DNA of 62,794 nt, the filler included, from Globobulimina sp. (taxonomy: Eukaryota): assembly GCA_003354225.1 (NCBI GenBank). It is 40 parts of 40 records of this genome, joined end to end, with 100 filler letters (N's around TTAATTAATTAA, not from the genome) between each part and the next. Parts side by side here need not be neighbours in the genome. Positions count along the whole stretch, not along the records: positions 47,183 to 48,654 come from PIVH01016148.1; positions 48,755 to 50,226 come from PIVH01016149.1; positions 50,327 to 51,797 come from PIVH01016150.1; positions 51,898 to 53,368 come from PIVH01016151.1; positions 53,469 to 54,939 come from PIVH01016152.1; positions 55,040 to 56,510 come from PIVH01016153.1; positions 56,611 to 58,081 come from PIVH01016154.1; positions 58,182 to 59,652 come from PIVH01016155.1; 32 more parts are not named here. One strand, written 5' to 3'. The position numbers and the translations under genes are program-made. A model generated the notes under the pieces. That model saw nothing but the letters and a program-made list of their open reading frames with translations, did no database searches and was not told the origin of the DNA. How positions within the stretch are numbered: the first letter of the stretch is position 1; each line of letters starts with the position of its first letter. Shown here one piece after another: positions 47,801 through 59,752 of this stretch.

Positions 47801-48754
47801 ACATATTGTTTTTTTTTTATTTTGTGATTATTCCGATATCGATTATTCCGATGACGATTTTATTGAGATGATAAGTCTTTTATTTGTTGGTGAGCTTGTA
47901 ATAATTGTAATTCTAAAATGGTTCGAGCGACAGCAGGTGGATCAGACATTCTGTCAACTACTGAAAATGTGGCAAGCTTACTGAGGTTTTAATAATGCTC
48001 ACTTGATTTCTAATGTAAAATAAAATTTCAAATTTTGTATCAACTTGAAAATTACAAATTATTTAGGATACTCAAAATTTCAAAATAATATTTTCAATAT
48101 ACACAATATACAAAAATATATCAAACATATATCTAATATGACATCTAACCTCCAATAATCGGCCCCCAGATAGCGGTACATTGATTGCGAAACTTCTTGT
48201 TCATGAAATTGTGTTTGCAGAACTTTTCATGTACAAATCATCGTTTATAGGGAGTTTCTTAGGGTGTAAATACACGGTCGAAAACGTGAAATTATTGGAA
48301 TATCAATTATATATGATATTTAACTGAATTATATGAAACGTGAAATTACCGTAATTTCACTTTTTTTATTGAATGCTATATAATTAATCTTCATAATAAA
48401 ACGTGAAATTACGGTGATTTATCGACAAAATATATATTCCATGAGCAAAAAGTTATTTTGATAGCGAGTCATCTCACGAGATTAATTGGATCTTTTCATC
48501 TAATATTTTATCAGCAACTGGAAAATCAATGATTATATAAGTACAAACTGCAAAAAAACTGTATCAGCAACAGATCATGACGGGGTTTACAAAAGACACA
48601 TAAAGTGGCATCACTTATATCACCATGAAAAACAGAATTGTTTCAGATATGATANNNNNNNNNNNNNNNNNNNNNNNNNNNNNNNNNNNNNNNNNNNNTT
48701 AATTAATTAANNNNNNNNNNNNNNNNNNNNNNNNNNNNNNNNNNNNNNNNNNNN

Positions 48755-49854
48755 TAATTTGTTGGATATTTTGTTGGATATTTTGTTGGATATTTTGTTG
48801 GATATTTGGTTGGATAATTGGTCTGAATTAAAAACAATGATTATAATTTGTGTGAAATAAATTATTTGTACTGAACAGATTCTCTGCATTCACAACCACA
48901 CTCACACACAGGCTGTAAAAAATATAAAACCGCCAAACGCATAGATTTGATTATTGACAGCAACCGCTGCTGTTTAATATTACATAAACTCCGTAATTTA
49001 AGTCCATGCCTTGTGTCACTGCCCCGTCATTACAATCAATAATTTGAACATAAGTTGCGATGTCGCGACAGTCCGTTCCTGAACACCCACTATTTCTCCA
49101 GCTGTAGCCACCAATGACATAAATAAGATCTTGATACAATATCGCTTTGCCATACACAACGCCAACAAGAAGAGAGTATGGATTGTCAGTCCATGTATTT
49201 GTAGCAATACTGTTCGCACTGCCTACAACGGAAAGTCTTTCAATTATTAATGTTTTCCAATGCCATTCCTGCAGCAGGTCTTCCTCCAATAGCATATAAC
49301 ATATTTCGTATTGGATCTACAATGCAGGCATGTCGTAACCTGGCATTGTCCATATTTCTGCCGGATCTCCATTCATCTGCCGATATATCATAGATTTGAA
49401 ACGCTCTCAGCTCCGTTAATGTCAATAGACCACCAACAACAAACAGAAAGCCATCAATGGATGCCAGACAGCCTTCTTCTGCGACGGTTGTTGGTATATT
49501 TGTTATTTGACTCGCAGAAAATTGCTTATTCCCTAAGTTATATATACTAATACTTGCGCCGGAATCGCCATCAATCCAATACAATAAACTGCCGATTTGT
49601 GTGTAAAATTGGCTATCTCCCCAAACATTAATGGGCAATGGGCTCACCACCACATCTGTCATAGTGCCCAACACTGTGTCATACTCTACCATTTGTTGTT
49701 TGGTAGTGTAGCCACCAAACATATATACTGTGCCATTGTGATGTGCGACAGCCATAGAATCGACAGGTCTGGGCAATAACGGCCAAGCTGGTGAGCTCCA
49801 AATGTTTGTTACAAGTTTACGCGCTGATTGGTGTCTCATATGGTTGTGTATCAA
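48755..49854 (-). pseudogene. Kelch-repeat protein with PTKY stalk, interrupted by two frameshifts
   Basis: YMFGG, FVVGG, YAIGG, YVIGG, YAFGG blades spread over three frames; PTKY repeats at 48755..48820. Confidence 0.75.
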
Positions 49855-50433
49855 TAGATGTACAATTTGGAATGAATTTGAACCTCGCTTTATTTGGTAA
49901 TCTGGATTTTTTACAAATAATAATTAATCATTTATGTCATTGTAAATACAGTACACTGTAACCTATGACAATTATGGATGTGGTGTTTACTATCGGTAAT
50001 CAATACAAATATTGATTCTGCTCCAGATATACGTCTATAAAGTGACTGCAGCACAGCACAAACATCAAATATTTGTTCCAACACAACCATGGATTCATTC
50101 CGGATTTCATCCAAATATTCATCAATGCCGGAACGATTTGGTGATTTATTAACAAGTATGGTGACACGAAACCAGTTCCTGCGTTCATTATTGGCAACAG
50201 CCAGTTTAGTTGCTAACAAAACGATANNNNNNNNNNNNNNNNNNNNNNNNNNNNNNNNNNNNNNNNNNNNTTAATTAATTAANNNNNNNNNNNNNNNNNN
50301 NNNNNNNNNNNNNNNNNNNNNNNNNNATGTGTTATTTTATTCAATTTCCAAGTGTAAACTATCGTTTTCTACACAAAGTTCGTTGATTTTCGCAAATGTA
50401 CTCATAAAAGACAAATGCAACAATTACAAGATC

Positions 50434-50927
50434 TCAGCTTTTAACATAACCAGTCACGTTTCCATCATCCCTCCATTGGATAATTTTTTGCATAACAGAA
50501 TTGTTCAATTGATCTGGGATTTGTTCCCTTTTTATCAAAATATTCACTAAGTCCAATGTCTCCTCATTTAAAATAGTCTGCAATTCGTCACATTGTCCAT
50601 CCGATAATGTATTTACATATTCAATTGCCCAATTTCCCATCAATAAATCCAGCTCCTTGATTCCACGATTTTTGCTGTTTATAATTGTGATAAATCATGG
50701 AATAATATTCATTATAACACAAAATAAAACCATGCACACCATCTAAATATTAATCTCCTTCGTAATACTTCCGGAGAAACATCTTTATTTAGTTCTCGTT
50801 CGGTTTGAACAATTGGGGGTGAAGATTTGTAATTGTATGAATTCCTAAACAATGATGAGGATCGAATCAGTTGTGGATATGGAACTATTCGCATTTGTTT
50901 CCACAAAGTTATAAAGCTAACATTCAT
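50434..50927 (-). CDS. SDHAF2: Succinate dehydrogenase assembly factor 2 (Sdh5); intron 50675..50739
   Basis: Spliced RRRLIFRC|KNRGIKELDLLMG..A; mitochondrial presequence-like N-terminus. Confidence 0.9.
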
Positions 50928-50977
50928 TTCAAATTAATACTATACACAACTTAAATTAAAACTTACCTCACAAAAAC

Positions 50978-51797
50978 ATGTGTAATAACATTTCAAACAA
51001 AGTATCAGCTGATCGCATAGTACCTAATCAATTGCAATTCTGTGTTTTATTATTTATTGTGGTAACAGTGTTTATTCGATGCATTGTGCAATTTAATTAC
51101 ACTCAAAGTGGCATTATATCATACGCTAACAATTGGAATTCAGAAAATGCATTCAATTTCAATAAATCATGTTTGAATCACATATATGATGAAATCTTTG
51201 TAATATCCTCACCAAACCGTCACAAAACATTATCAGTGACTTTATTCCAGTTAAATAAAGAAAACATTGTCTATACACTGTGGGAATGCCACACCGCAAC
51301 AAATCCATATTCAATGGAACTATTTCACAAATTCAGACGCAAAGTCAACGCATCAAATGACACATTCCTGCACTTTCATAAAACGACAGTCCGACGTTCA
51401 GCGTATCAAAATCCAAATATCTTTTTCCTGCGTCAAACACAAATTGATCTGTTAAAGTATGCGCGAGATAGCAATTTAAGCAAAATATTAATATTCGAGG
51501 ATGACATTCTTTTAGCAAATCCGGAATGGTTTGAGATGTTTTGTTGTGTCGAGCCTTCACTGCCATATTATTACATATTGAATCTCTGTGTGAACCAACA
51601 CAAAGCATTTCATTACAGAAACAATAAAAATGGATTGTTATTAGATATACACTTTCATGAAAACAAAACAATGAAATATTTCATGCGCACATCGAAAAGT
51701 TTTGGTGCATTTGGCATAGCGATATCTAACACACTTTATTCGACTTTAATAGATTTGTTTGATGTTGACAGTAAATATCATGTTATAACATTCCCGC
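50978..51797 (+). CDS. Type II membrane glycosyltransferase (GT25-like), 3'-partial
   Basis: N-terminal TM; IFVIS...R; KILIFEDDI; GAFG. Confidence 0.75.
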
Positions 51798-51897
51798 NNN
51801 NNNNNNNNNNNNNNNNNNNNNNNNNNNNNNNNNNNNNNNNNTTAATTAATTAANNNNNNNNNNNNNNNNNNNNNNNNNNNNNNNNNNNNNNNNNNNN

Positions 51898-52629
51898 ATT
51901 TGTATATTGTGTGGCTTTAATGCCAGGCTCAAAATCGAGTAACATTGTAATGATTAATATAATGACAGTAAACAATATCACCATAAAAAATATCGTTTTT
52001 GCAGAACCATAAAAGTGATGATATTTGCCATATATATCTGTCATGTCAGCTATGTGTACCTTACTATCAGCAATGTGAGCTGATGATGATTTGCTCTCTA
52101 ATTCCATGTATTTTTTTTTATGTGGTGTGTGGACGAATGTGATGCTGTATTTTGTTTTTGAATGTTTTGGTAGCAAATGAAGATATTTTGAGAGTAAATG
52201 ATTTTGTTTTTTCCGGACACAATTTACGTCGTAATATAGTAACCACATACGGACCAAGGAAAATGTAAAAATACCAAAATAAAAGGACGCACGAGCAGAT
52301 AATTGATACCACTGACGATCCCAGAATGGATATATTATCATACACAATGAGATGACGCATCTCAGGATTGCACTCACTACGCAACAAAGCATAAATAAGA
52401 AACAAAAGAGCGGTCGACGGACCCTAAAAACCGGTGATAATCGATGTGGTTTAATGATTAACTCATTGTATGTTATAATCAAGAAAATTAATGTTGTGTT
52501 GCCGATAAATGATGTTAATACCATTATTATTTCTGGTGAGTTCCAGTTTACATGCATTGCCAACAGATGTGTTTTCTTGAAAGCAATAATAGCGCTGTGG
52601 TTGAAATATATTAAATTGTGTAGCAGCAA
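51898..52629 (-). CDS. Multipass (7TM-like) membrane protein, 3'-partial
   Basis: RRP before TM2 and RMWLLYYD after TM3, a pattern seen in protist 7TM-RGS N-termini. Confidence 0.55.
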
Positions 52630-52787
52630 TGTTCAAGACGTCACTTTGTTACCCACAACTTTCAAGCCAGATGTGAACATTTACGGCGGTAAATAACGGC
52701 AAATTAAATTCAATATAATTCAGTGCAAAACAATTTACAACCACAAAAAAAAGATGTTTTGAAAAAAAATAAGAAAATAAGAAGTAT

Positions 52788-53066
52788 TTAAAAATTCTTT
52801 TCTGTACTACTTAATTCTGTATCCATAGCTAAAATCAGTTTTTGTTGTTTTAAATTGATAGTTAAATGATGTATAGAATATGATTTCGACTGTTGTTGGA
52901 CACGCGGTATTACTATGTCCCCAAATAAATTATAAACCATTTCAATTTCATCAATAACTGGTTCATTTTCATCATTTAAATTCCAATATTTCACTAATTT
53001 TTTAATTAAACTGCCATCTCTTTCTGCTTCCTTCAATTTCATTAATATCTCCCTTCTTGACATCAT
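52788..53066 (-). CDS. Small hypothetical protein (MMSRREILMKL...)
   Basis: ORF with natural amino-acid composition. Confidence 0.4.
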   Translation of the reverse strand: MMSRREILMKLKEAERDGSLIKKLVKYWNLNDENEPVIDEIEMVYNLFGDIVIPRVQQQSKSYSIHHLTINLKQQKLILAMDTELSSTEKNF

Positions 53067-53468
53067 AATTGTATTCACTGTAAAATATACTTTCAATCCA
53101 TAACATTTTGATATTGTGCAGAAAATGCAGTCCAGAAAAGCCAAGCGACCAAAATGACAAAAGCCAGGGCAATTGCAATGACATAAAGACCCAGTTTTAT
53201 TTGCTTGAATGGTTCAATTAGAATAGATCTAAGGTTTCTTGACTTTCTGGAATAGTTTTTGTCATTATACAATACAGGTGGGATTTTTGATCCAACTGAT
53301 GGCGCAAATGGTAGTTGGACTGCTACAAGTACATCAGGAACGCCTCCAGCTGTTGCTCAGCATACAGCNNNNNNNNNNNNNNNNNNNNNNNNNNNNNNNN
53401 NNNNNNNNNNNNTTAATTAATTAANNNNNNNNNNNNNNNNNNNNNNNNNNNNNNNNNNNNNNNNNNNN

Positions 53469-54070
53469 ATATGTGTTATAACAGGAAAAAGTATATGTTT
53501 TTTGAATGTAATGAGGATGCGATAATCAGTAAAATAAATACTGATATTGATAGGTTGCAGTATAACTATCCAAATTGGTATAAAATGTTAAAAGCAATGG
53601 ATAACAAATCAATTGATGATGATATTATTTTATATTATTATGCAAAAGGCTTTTATTCAATGAATAATATGGTGCGGAATGACGATGCTATTATAACCTC
53701 CTGTTATTATCCTCAAATTAAAATGTGGTTTAAATATGTGAATAAAAATAACAGTATGAAAATATTTCAATATCAAGATATGATCGCGAATATATCAAAT
53801 ATTATCTATCAAATAAGAAACTGGATAAATGAGGACAATGCACATTATGTTGACATACCTATGGATAGAAATGAGTTATTACGGAGAGACAGAACCAAAT
53901 TAAAATACATCGACCGACATAAAAATACAAAAAGAATGCCTCAAACATTGCAATCTAAATTGAAAAAACTATTTAATAAATGCAACAATAAATTGCATCG
54001 CTTCATCCTCCAAACACCTTCGTTATTATTGCTGCAACAAAACAGTACTCAATTTATGCAAACATGGTGA
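53469..54070 (+). CDS. Sulfotransferase C-terminal part (HS 3-O-sulfotransferase-like)
   Basis: SCYYPQIKMWF...KIFQY...MP...KLKKLFNKCNNKL. Confidence 0.65.
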
Positions 54071-54191
54071 GATTTAATATCAAAAAAATATACCAAACGT
54101 AAGGAAACTCCATAGAGAAAATTCTAGAAAAATCAGGAAAATAAATGATATTAAAAACAAAATCATATGTCATATGTAAAAAAGTCAATTA

Positions 54192-54939
54192 TTAATTTGG
54201 CACAGTGCAATCAACGCCATTTCGAATTTTGCTCGCAAGTTCAAATCGTTGTAAGAATACTTTCCTCCTCTCCTCGTCTTGCATCGTTGCCAATCTCTCC
54301 CGTTTCACATAATCATTATGTATGGGCAACATAGCATAATCTAAATAGGTTTGCTTTGCCGTATATATATCCTCCACAGTCTCTGCATATTGCGGATGCT
54401 CCGATAATTGCATATACATTGTTTCCTGTCCTAAGCGAATCCGCTCCGCATCGATTTGTTCAAAATCTTTCAATAATTCGGCGGCCATAACCTTCATTTT
54501 CTCATCGAACAATTCTGCATTCTCCAAACTCTCTTTTTGTTTTTGTTTGTCATAATCCGTCAAAGGGGCAACAATTAAATCGCCTTTGCCCTCACATTCT
54601 TGTTTGAAGGAGGAAATGGAATCTTGTTGCCACGTATTCAATGTCTCCATATTTGAGATTGATGAAATTGTGTCCCTTTCCACATAATATTCAATTTCTA
54701 AGTCGTCCACAAATTGTGGATCGGCGATTTTCTTCCGATATTCTGCAAAATCTATTTTTTTACTCGATTTTATACCCCGTTCACCTAAATATTGTTCCCA
54801 ACGGGTGAATTGTGAACGGAATGATGCATATTCGGCATATTTTTCTGGGGCGTTACTCTCAAACCAACCTAACCATTGCCAGCCAAATGAATCCGCTGCT
54901 TTCGTATCATCTGCGCGACTAAATTCTGATTCAATTTCG
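54192..54939 (-). CDS. Probable divergent mitochondrial ATP synthase subunit d, 5'-partial
   Basis: Frame extends upstream of the listed ORF: FRSQF...KIDFAEYRKKIADPQFVDDLE; C-terminal ETM...HPQYAETVE. Confidence 0.55.
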
Positions 54940-55039
54940 NNNNNNNNNNNNNNNNNNNNNNNNNNNNNNNNNNNNNNNNNNNNTTAATTAATTAANNNNN
55001 NNNNNNNNNNNNNNNNNNNNNNNNNNNNNNNNNNNNNNN

Positions 55040-55209
55040 TTTCTGCAGTCAAGATATTGTTGATTATCAACATCATATAAGTATTTGTCTTTTCCCCTCA
55101 CGATATGCAGCCCATTTTTGATACTCGATGAATATGATAATGATAAACTTGGTGATAGATGTTTCTTGCGTAAATCTACGATTTCCTGTTTTGATAACAA
55201 AGGTAACAT
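55040..55209 (-). CDS. ETNPPL: Ethanolamine-phosphate phospho-lyase-like class III aminotransferase, N-terminus
   Basis: LRKKHLSPSLSLSY...LHIVRGKDKYLYD...YLDC. Confidence 0.75.
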
Positions 55210-55311
55210 GCTGTTCTGTCAAAAATTCAAAAATGTTTATGAACCTACTTAAAAGTTTTGTATTTTATTATTAGGCATAGCATCAAAAAGAAGCGCAGAC
55301 CATACTGATAA

Positions 55312-56436
55312 TCAGTATTTCCTATATTCAATACACCAATTTCCTTTGTTATAAAACGATCTTACAATTTGTATGTTATATTTTTTATTGCTATCTTTAT
55401 TATAATTTGCATCATTTTCTCCATTGACAATATTCGCAATTATACCAACTAAAGACTCCAATTCACCCCTTTTATAAACATGACAATATCTCTGCAAAAC
55501 TATATTATCGTCCTCATCATCAACATTTGTTTTCTTTGCACTCAAATTCCATGAAACAAAAACATCTGTTTTTTTGAACTGATGTCTTGAACTTCCATCC
55601 TGTTCATACGCCCAACTACAAATAAACCCGCGGCCATTCATCTTAGTTATCCTAAACAGCTCAGCCAATAATCTCACTCTCCTCTGTATCTCTGAAATAT
55701 GGTGCAACACTGCGATATTTAACACTGCATCAAACGAGTTGTCATTAAACGGGATCAACAATGCATCGCTTACCAACACCTCACAATTCCTTCTCGCTAC
55801 AATCTTGCATAAATTATGACTCATATCCATGCCAACCGCATACACATTATTTCTCAAATCAGCATCGCTTTTGATAATCTTTAAATATTTGCCGTTTCCA
55901 CAGCCAATATCCGCCAACATGGGGAATGAATATTCATTTTTAACCGAACGAATGAATGAGACAACTTGGGGCCAGCCAGTATGTCGCGTATGACTGAAAT
56001 GCGGAGCTATTTTATCATAAACATTATGAACATGATGAGCTTCAATACTCGGTGTATTCAATATATTTTTAATATCATTTCCTGGCGGTTTCACCTTCCT
56101 GAAAGTCAGTGAAACTCTGCGCTTTCTTTCAGTCAGTTTACCATTTATGATATCATATTTTCTATGCGATATGCCATGGCTCCACAAATAACGCGACTCG
56201 TTGCCAATAATCAGTAAACTTCTCGGTTTCAATAAAATACATTTCTTAACATTACTGGTCGAATGCCGCAGGTCCATAATAATCGGCGATAATAAGCTTA
56301 ATGAAAGGATATAATTTTCAAAACATTCTGTTGTCTCAATGTGAGGTCTTATGCCCTGACCACCTAAGTACTCATTGACTGTACATTGATTTTTTGTGTT
56401 TATTGTCTCCAAAATCCAAATATCCATGACAAACAT
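55312..56436 (-). CDS. ALKBH8: ALKBH8-like AlkB oxygenase plus Trm9 tRNA methyltransferase, probably 5'-partial
   Basis: NQCTVNEY..GQGI.PH, W.HGI, RRVSLTFR; HVHNVYDKIAPHFSHTR, DIGCGNGKY, IAVLHH, RYCHVY, GNWC. Confidence 0.92.
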   Translation of the reverse strand: MFVMDIWILETINTKNQCTVNEYLGGQGIRPHIETTECFENYILSLSLLSPIIMDLRHSTSNVKKCILLKPRSLLIIGNESRYLWSHGISHRKYDIINGKLTERKRRVSLTFRKVKPPGNDIKNILNTPSIEAHHVHNVYDKIAPHFSHTRHTGWPQVVSFIRSVKNEYSFPMLADIGCGNGKYLKIIKSDADLRNNVYAVGMDMSHNLCKIVARRNCEVLVSDALLIPFNDNSFDAVLNIAVLHHISEIQRRVRLLAELFRITKMNGRGFICSWAYEQDGSSRHQFKKTDVFVSWNLSAKKTNVDDEDDNIVLQRYCHVYKRGELESLVGIIANIVNGENDANYNKDSNKKYNIQIVRSFYNKGNWCIEYRKY

Positions 56437-56610
56437 TTGAGAGAAGAAAAAAAAAAGAAGTAAAGTTTTTGTTTTGTAAGTTTCAAAAATATCAAGACTT
56501 CAAACAAATTNNNNNNNNNNNNNNNNNNNNNNNNNNNNNNNNNNNNNNNNNNNNTTAATTAATTAANNNNNNNNNNNNNNNNNNNNNNNNNNNNNNNNNN
56601 NNNNNNNNNN

Positions 56611-58081
56611 GGAGGACATAAAATGGATGCTTAGGATTGAAGGTGGCGACTAATTGTTTGTGTTGCTTTTTAACAATAATAGGACGTAGATCTGAGTGTG
56701 ATTCAACAGTGTCAAATAAATCAGATTCAATGGAGACATTATTGATTATCGTTGTTTCATTTGGTAGCCACTGTTGTTTTAGGTCAATATATTGCTTATA
56801 TAAGGTGTAGTTGTTGATATTTGGCAAACTGTTCCATTTATGCATATAAGAAATGGGTTTGCTTTTGCATAACTTCCAATAGAAGGAAAGTTTAAGTACG
56901 ACCCAGCGTTCATAGGGGGAGGGAATGCCGGCAAATATGGAGAATTGATCAAAAACGTAGTTTTTTATTTTGGTTTGTTTGGTGATTGTTTTGAGCTGCT
57001 TTTCAAGGGCAGCGACTAGATTAATATCGTTGCTATCTAAAACCTGGGCAAATATCTCCGTATAAACTAAATAGAAAGTTTTTAAAACCCGTATTTTGTC
57101 CCTTAGTGAAATAAACTCATGATTAAAATCTAGGCGTGAGAGCATTCTTGCTTTCTGATCCAATTTGTTCAGAAATACTTCGTTTGTACACAGTGTTGAA
57201 ACTAAATTGGCAGTGTCGTATGAACAAAGGTGGGCGCCAAGATATCTGAGATGGGTGACAATTTGTAGCGGTTTATTATTCATTAAGCAAAGGTGGTGCA
57301 TTTTGGAAATGGCCCAGCTATTGTCGTGGATTATGTTACCCCAAATAATATGGTATGGTTTATTGGATGTTTTCTTTTTATAATACGCGCAATGAGCTTT
57401 GTAGGCTGTGAGAATATCAGCAGGGATCTCCGGGGTCTTATACGTGCAAAATATGCCATCAATGTCAATGGCGTTTATTTGGTTACGTTTGGAGATTTGG
57501 AGCAATACCATTGGCGCTTGTTTATGTGTGTTTGGTTGAATTCTGGCATAATATTCGGTGGTTATGGCAACTTTCTGTGCTGTGCTATGGTGGTGGGTAT
57601 TATTGGTGAGAATGCTGGGATCATTATATATCATGGTTTTGCACTTTTTGGCATTAAAGGTATACGCCCAATTTTTGCTATGGTTTTCACAGATTTTAAG
57701 CAGAGCCGCAAGGTGTTCCACAGTGTTGGCCACCAAAACAACATCGTCAGCATAGAATATGCAAGAGATTAATTCATTGGGGTCAGGAGAAGTTGCACCA
57801 TTTTGCGAGCTTTGTAGATGACCGATCATGTCATTGATGAATGCGGCGAATAGGAGAGGGCTTAGGACGGAGCCTTGGAGTACGCCATTATGCAATTTGA
57901 ACAATTCAGTGACGAATGTGATATCCCTTATGGCGGAATGTGAATTGTCATAGACCGCCTTGATTATTTTGCAAAGATTGAGAGGTAAATTAAAATGGTG
58001 GTGTAGTTTGTAGAAAAGTCCTTTGCGCCAAACGGTGTCAAAGGCTTTTCTGATATCAAGGGAAGCACAGTAAAGAGGTTT
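56611..58081 (-). mobile_element. Non-LTR retrotransposon reverse transcriptase fragment
   Basis: LDIRKAFDTVWR, GVLQGSVLSPLLF, FYADD, RYLG. Confidence 0.93.
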
Positions 58082-58181
58082 NNNNNNNNNNNNNNNNNNN
58101 NNNNNNNNNNNNNNNNNNNNNNNNNTTAATTAATTAANNNNNNNNNNNNNNNNNNNNNNNNNNNNNNNNNNNNNNNNNNNN

Positions 58182-59508
58182 AAAGAATACTTCAAATAAT
58201 TACCAGTGGCCCATTGATATCCAATACCACCATATAAACCCAGCGCACATCCTGCCATCATGCCTCCGACGACAGCCTCTGCCGCACTGCCACCGCCCAT
58301 CCCCATCGCAGCTATGAGCACAGGAACTGTTGCACCGCCACTCATAACAACGACGCACGCAGCAGTTCCAGCAAAAACCGCGCCGCCAAGCATACTCTTC
58401 TTATAAAACGATTCATTTTCTTGTGGTATGAATTCCGTTTTATTTTTAACCCGTTGATAAATCTCTTCTTTGTTTACTGCTAAAATTTTCAATATTTTTG
58501 CATTTTTTTCTGTTGTTTTACTCAATAATTCTTGCATTTTATTCATTTCTTCATCAAATTGTGTCTCTAAATATTTATGATTCCAACTAAACGCACAAGC
58601 CACGAATGCCATATCTCGGCGTCTATTCGCATGATTTTGCGGAGGAATCATAAAATTTCGCAATATTTCATTATTTAAAATCAATTCTTTTGTCATTGAT
58701 AACGCAGTCGATTTATTAATATGTTCAATTTGCTGTTTTAATCTATACATATTGGAAGAAAAACGTTTTGCATTTTTGGATAAAACTATAAATTTTTCAA
58801 TCAATGGGGTCAATAATTGACGATTTTCCGATTTGGTGTGAAAATTGAACAATAAGTTGCTATTATTTTTATCTATGGATGGTCGATCTAACCCATACGC
58901 CGAAATTGATGAAAATATATCCATTTCACGGAACCACTCCAATGACTCATGTTTATTCATATATTCATCCAATGTTTGATAAGGATCACAAATACAATCT
59001 TCCGCATCACGTTTTAAATATAAAAATGCAGGCTTTGAATCTGACATTGCGACTGATTTCATTTCAACTTTCAACGCTTTCATTAACTTCTTAAATCGAT
59101 CAGATGCCACTTCCTTGTCATTCCACACTATAACATTTGCCGTTGCATAACAAGCATAAAATAACCGTCTCGTAAACTTAGTGACATCATGGCTCACTCC
59201 CTCCATGTCCAAGATGTAGAATTCATTTCCTTCATCCTTTGTCTCGTCATCTTTTGTATCATCTATTTCGCCTTTCTTCTTAAGATAATATATATAAAAT
59301 CGAGTACAATCTAACATATACACAGTATATATATAACATACTATGTCTTGAGTCGCCTGAACTTTATATACGGTGCCATAATTTGAGTAATCTTTTGGGT
59401 TTGTTTCATATTTACCAATCCATGCGCCTTTTGTCAATGCAACATTGGGACTGGAGGATGTCACGGTGGCTTGCTTTACGCCTAATATGTCATTGACAAT
59501 TGTTGTGT
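58182..59508 (-). CDS. GBP/atlastin-like GTPase with C-terminal hydrophobic hairpin; probable intron 59281..59343; truncated at the P-loop
   Basis: TTIVNDIL, TKGAWI, ILDMEG, YLKRD; Gly/Ala-rich TM segment. Confidence 0.7.
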
Positions 59509-59752
59509 TCCTAAGTAAATCGTGCTCTCCAGAGCGTTTCTAAGTGGCTGCAGACTTTCATTCGCGTTCAGCGTATACCCGCCCTTGTATTTTACTTTCA
59601 CGTCAAGTATTGACTCAGCCATGCCTTTCGATAAGTCGGAAAAGATGCCCTCNNNNNNNNNNNNNNNNNNNNNNNNNNNNNNNNNNNNNNNNNNNNTTAA
59701 TTAATTAANNNNNNNNNNNNNNNNNNNNNNNNNNNNNNNNNNNNNNNNNNNN

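Noticed and set aside
48282..48420. AAACGTGAAATTA x3 with a small hairpin as a second MITE
   Set aside because: No paired termini or TSD could be defined
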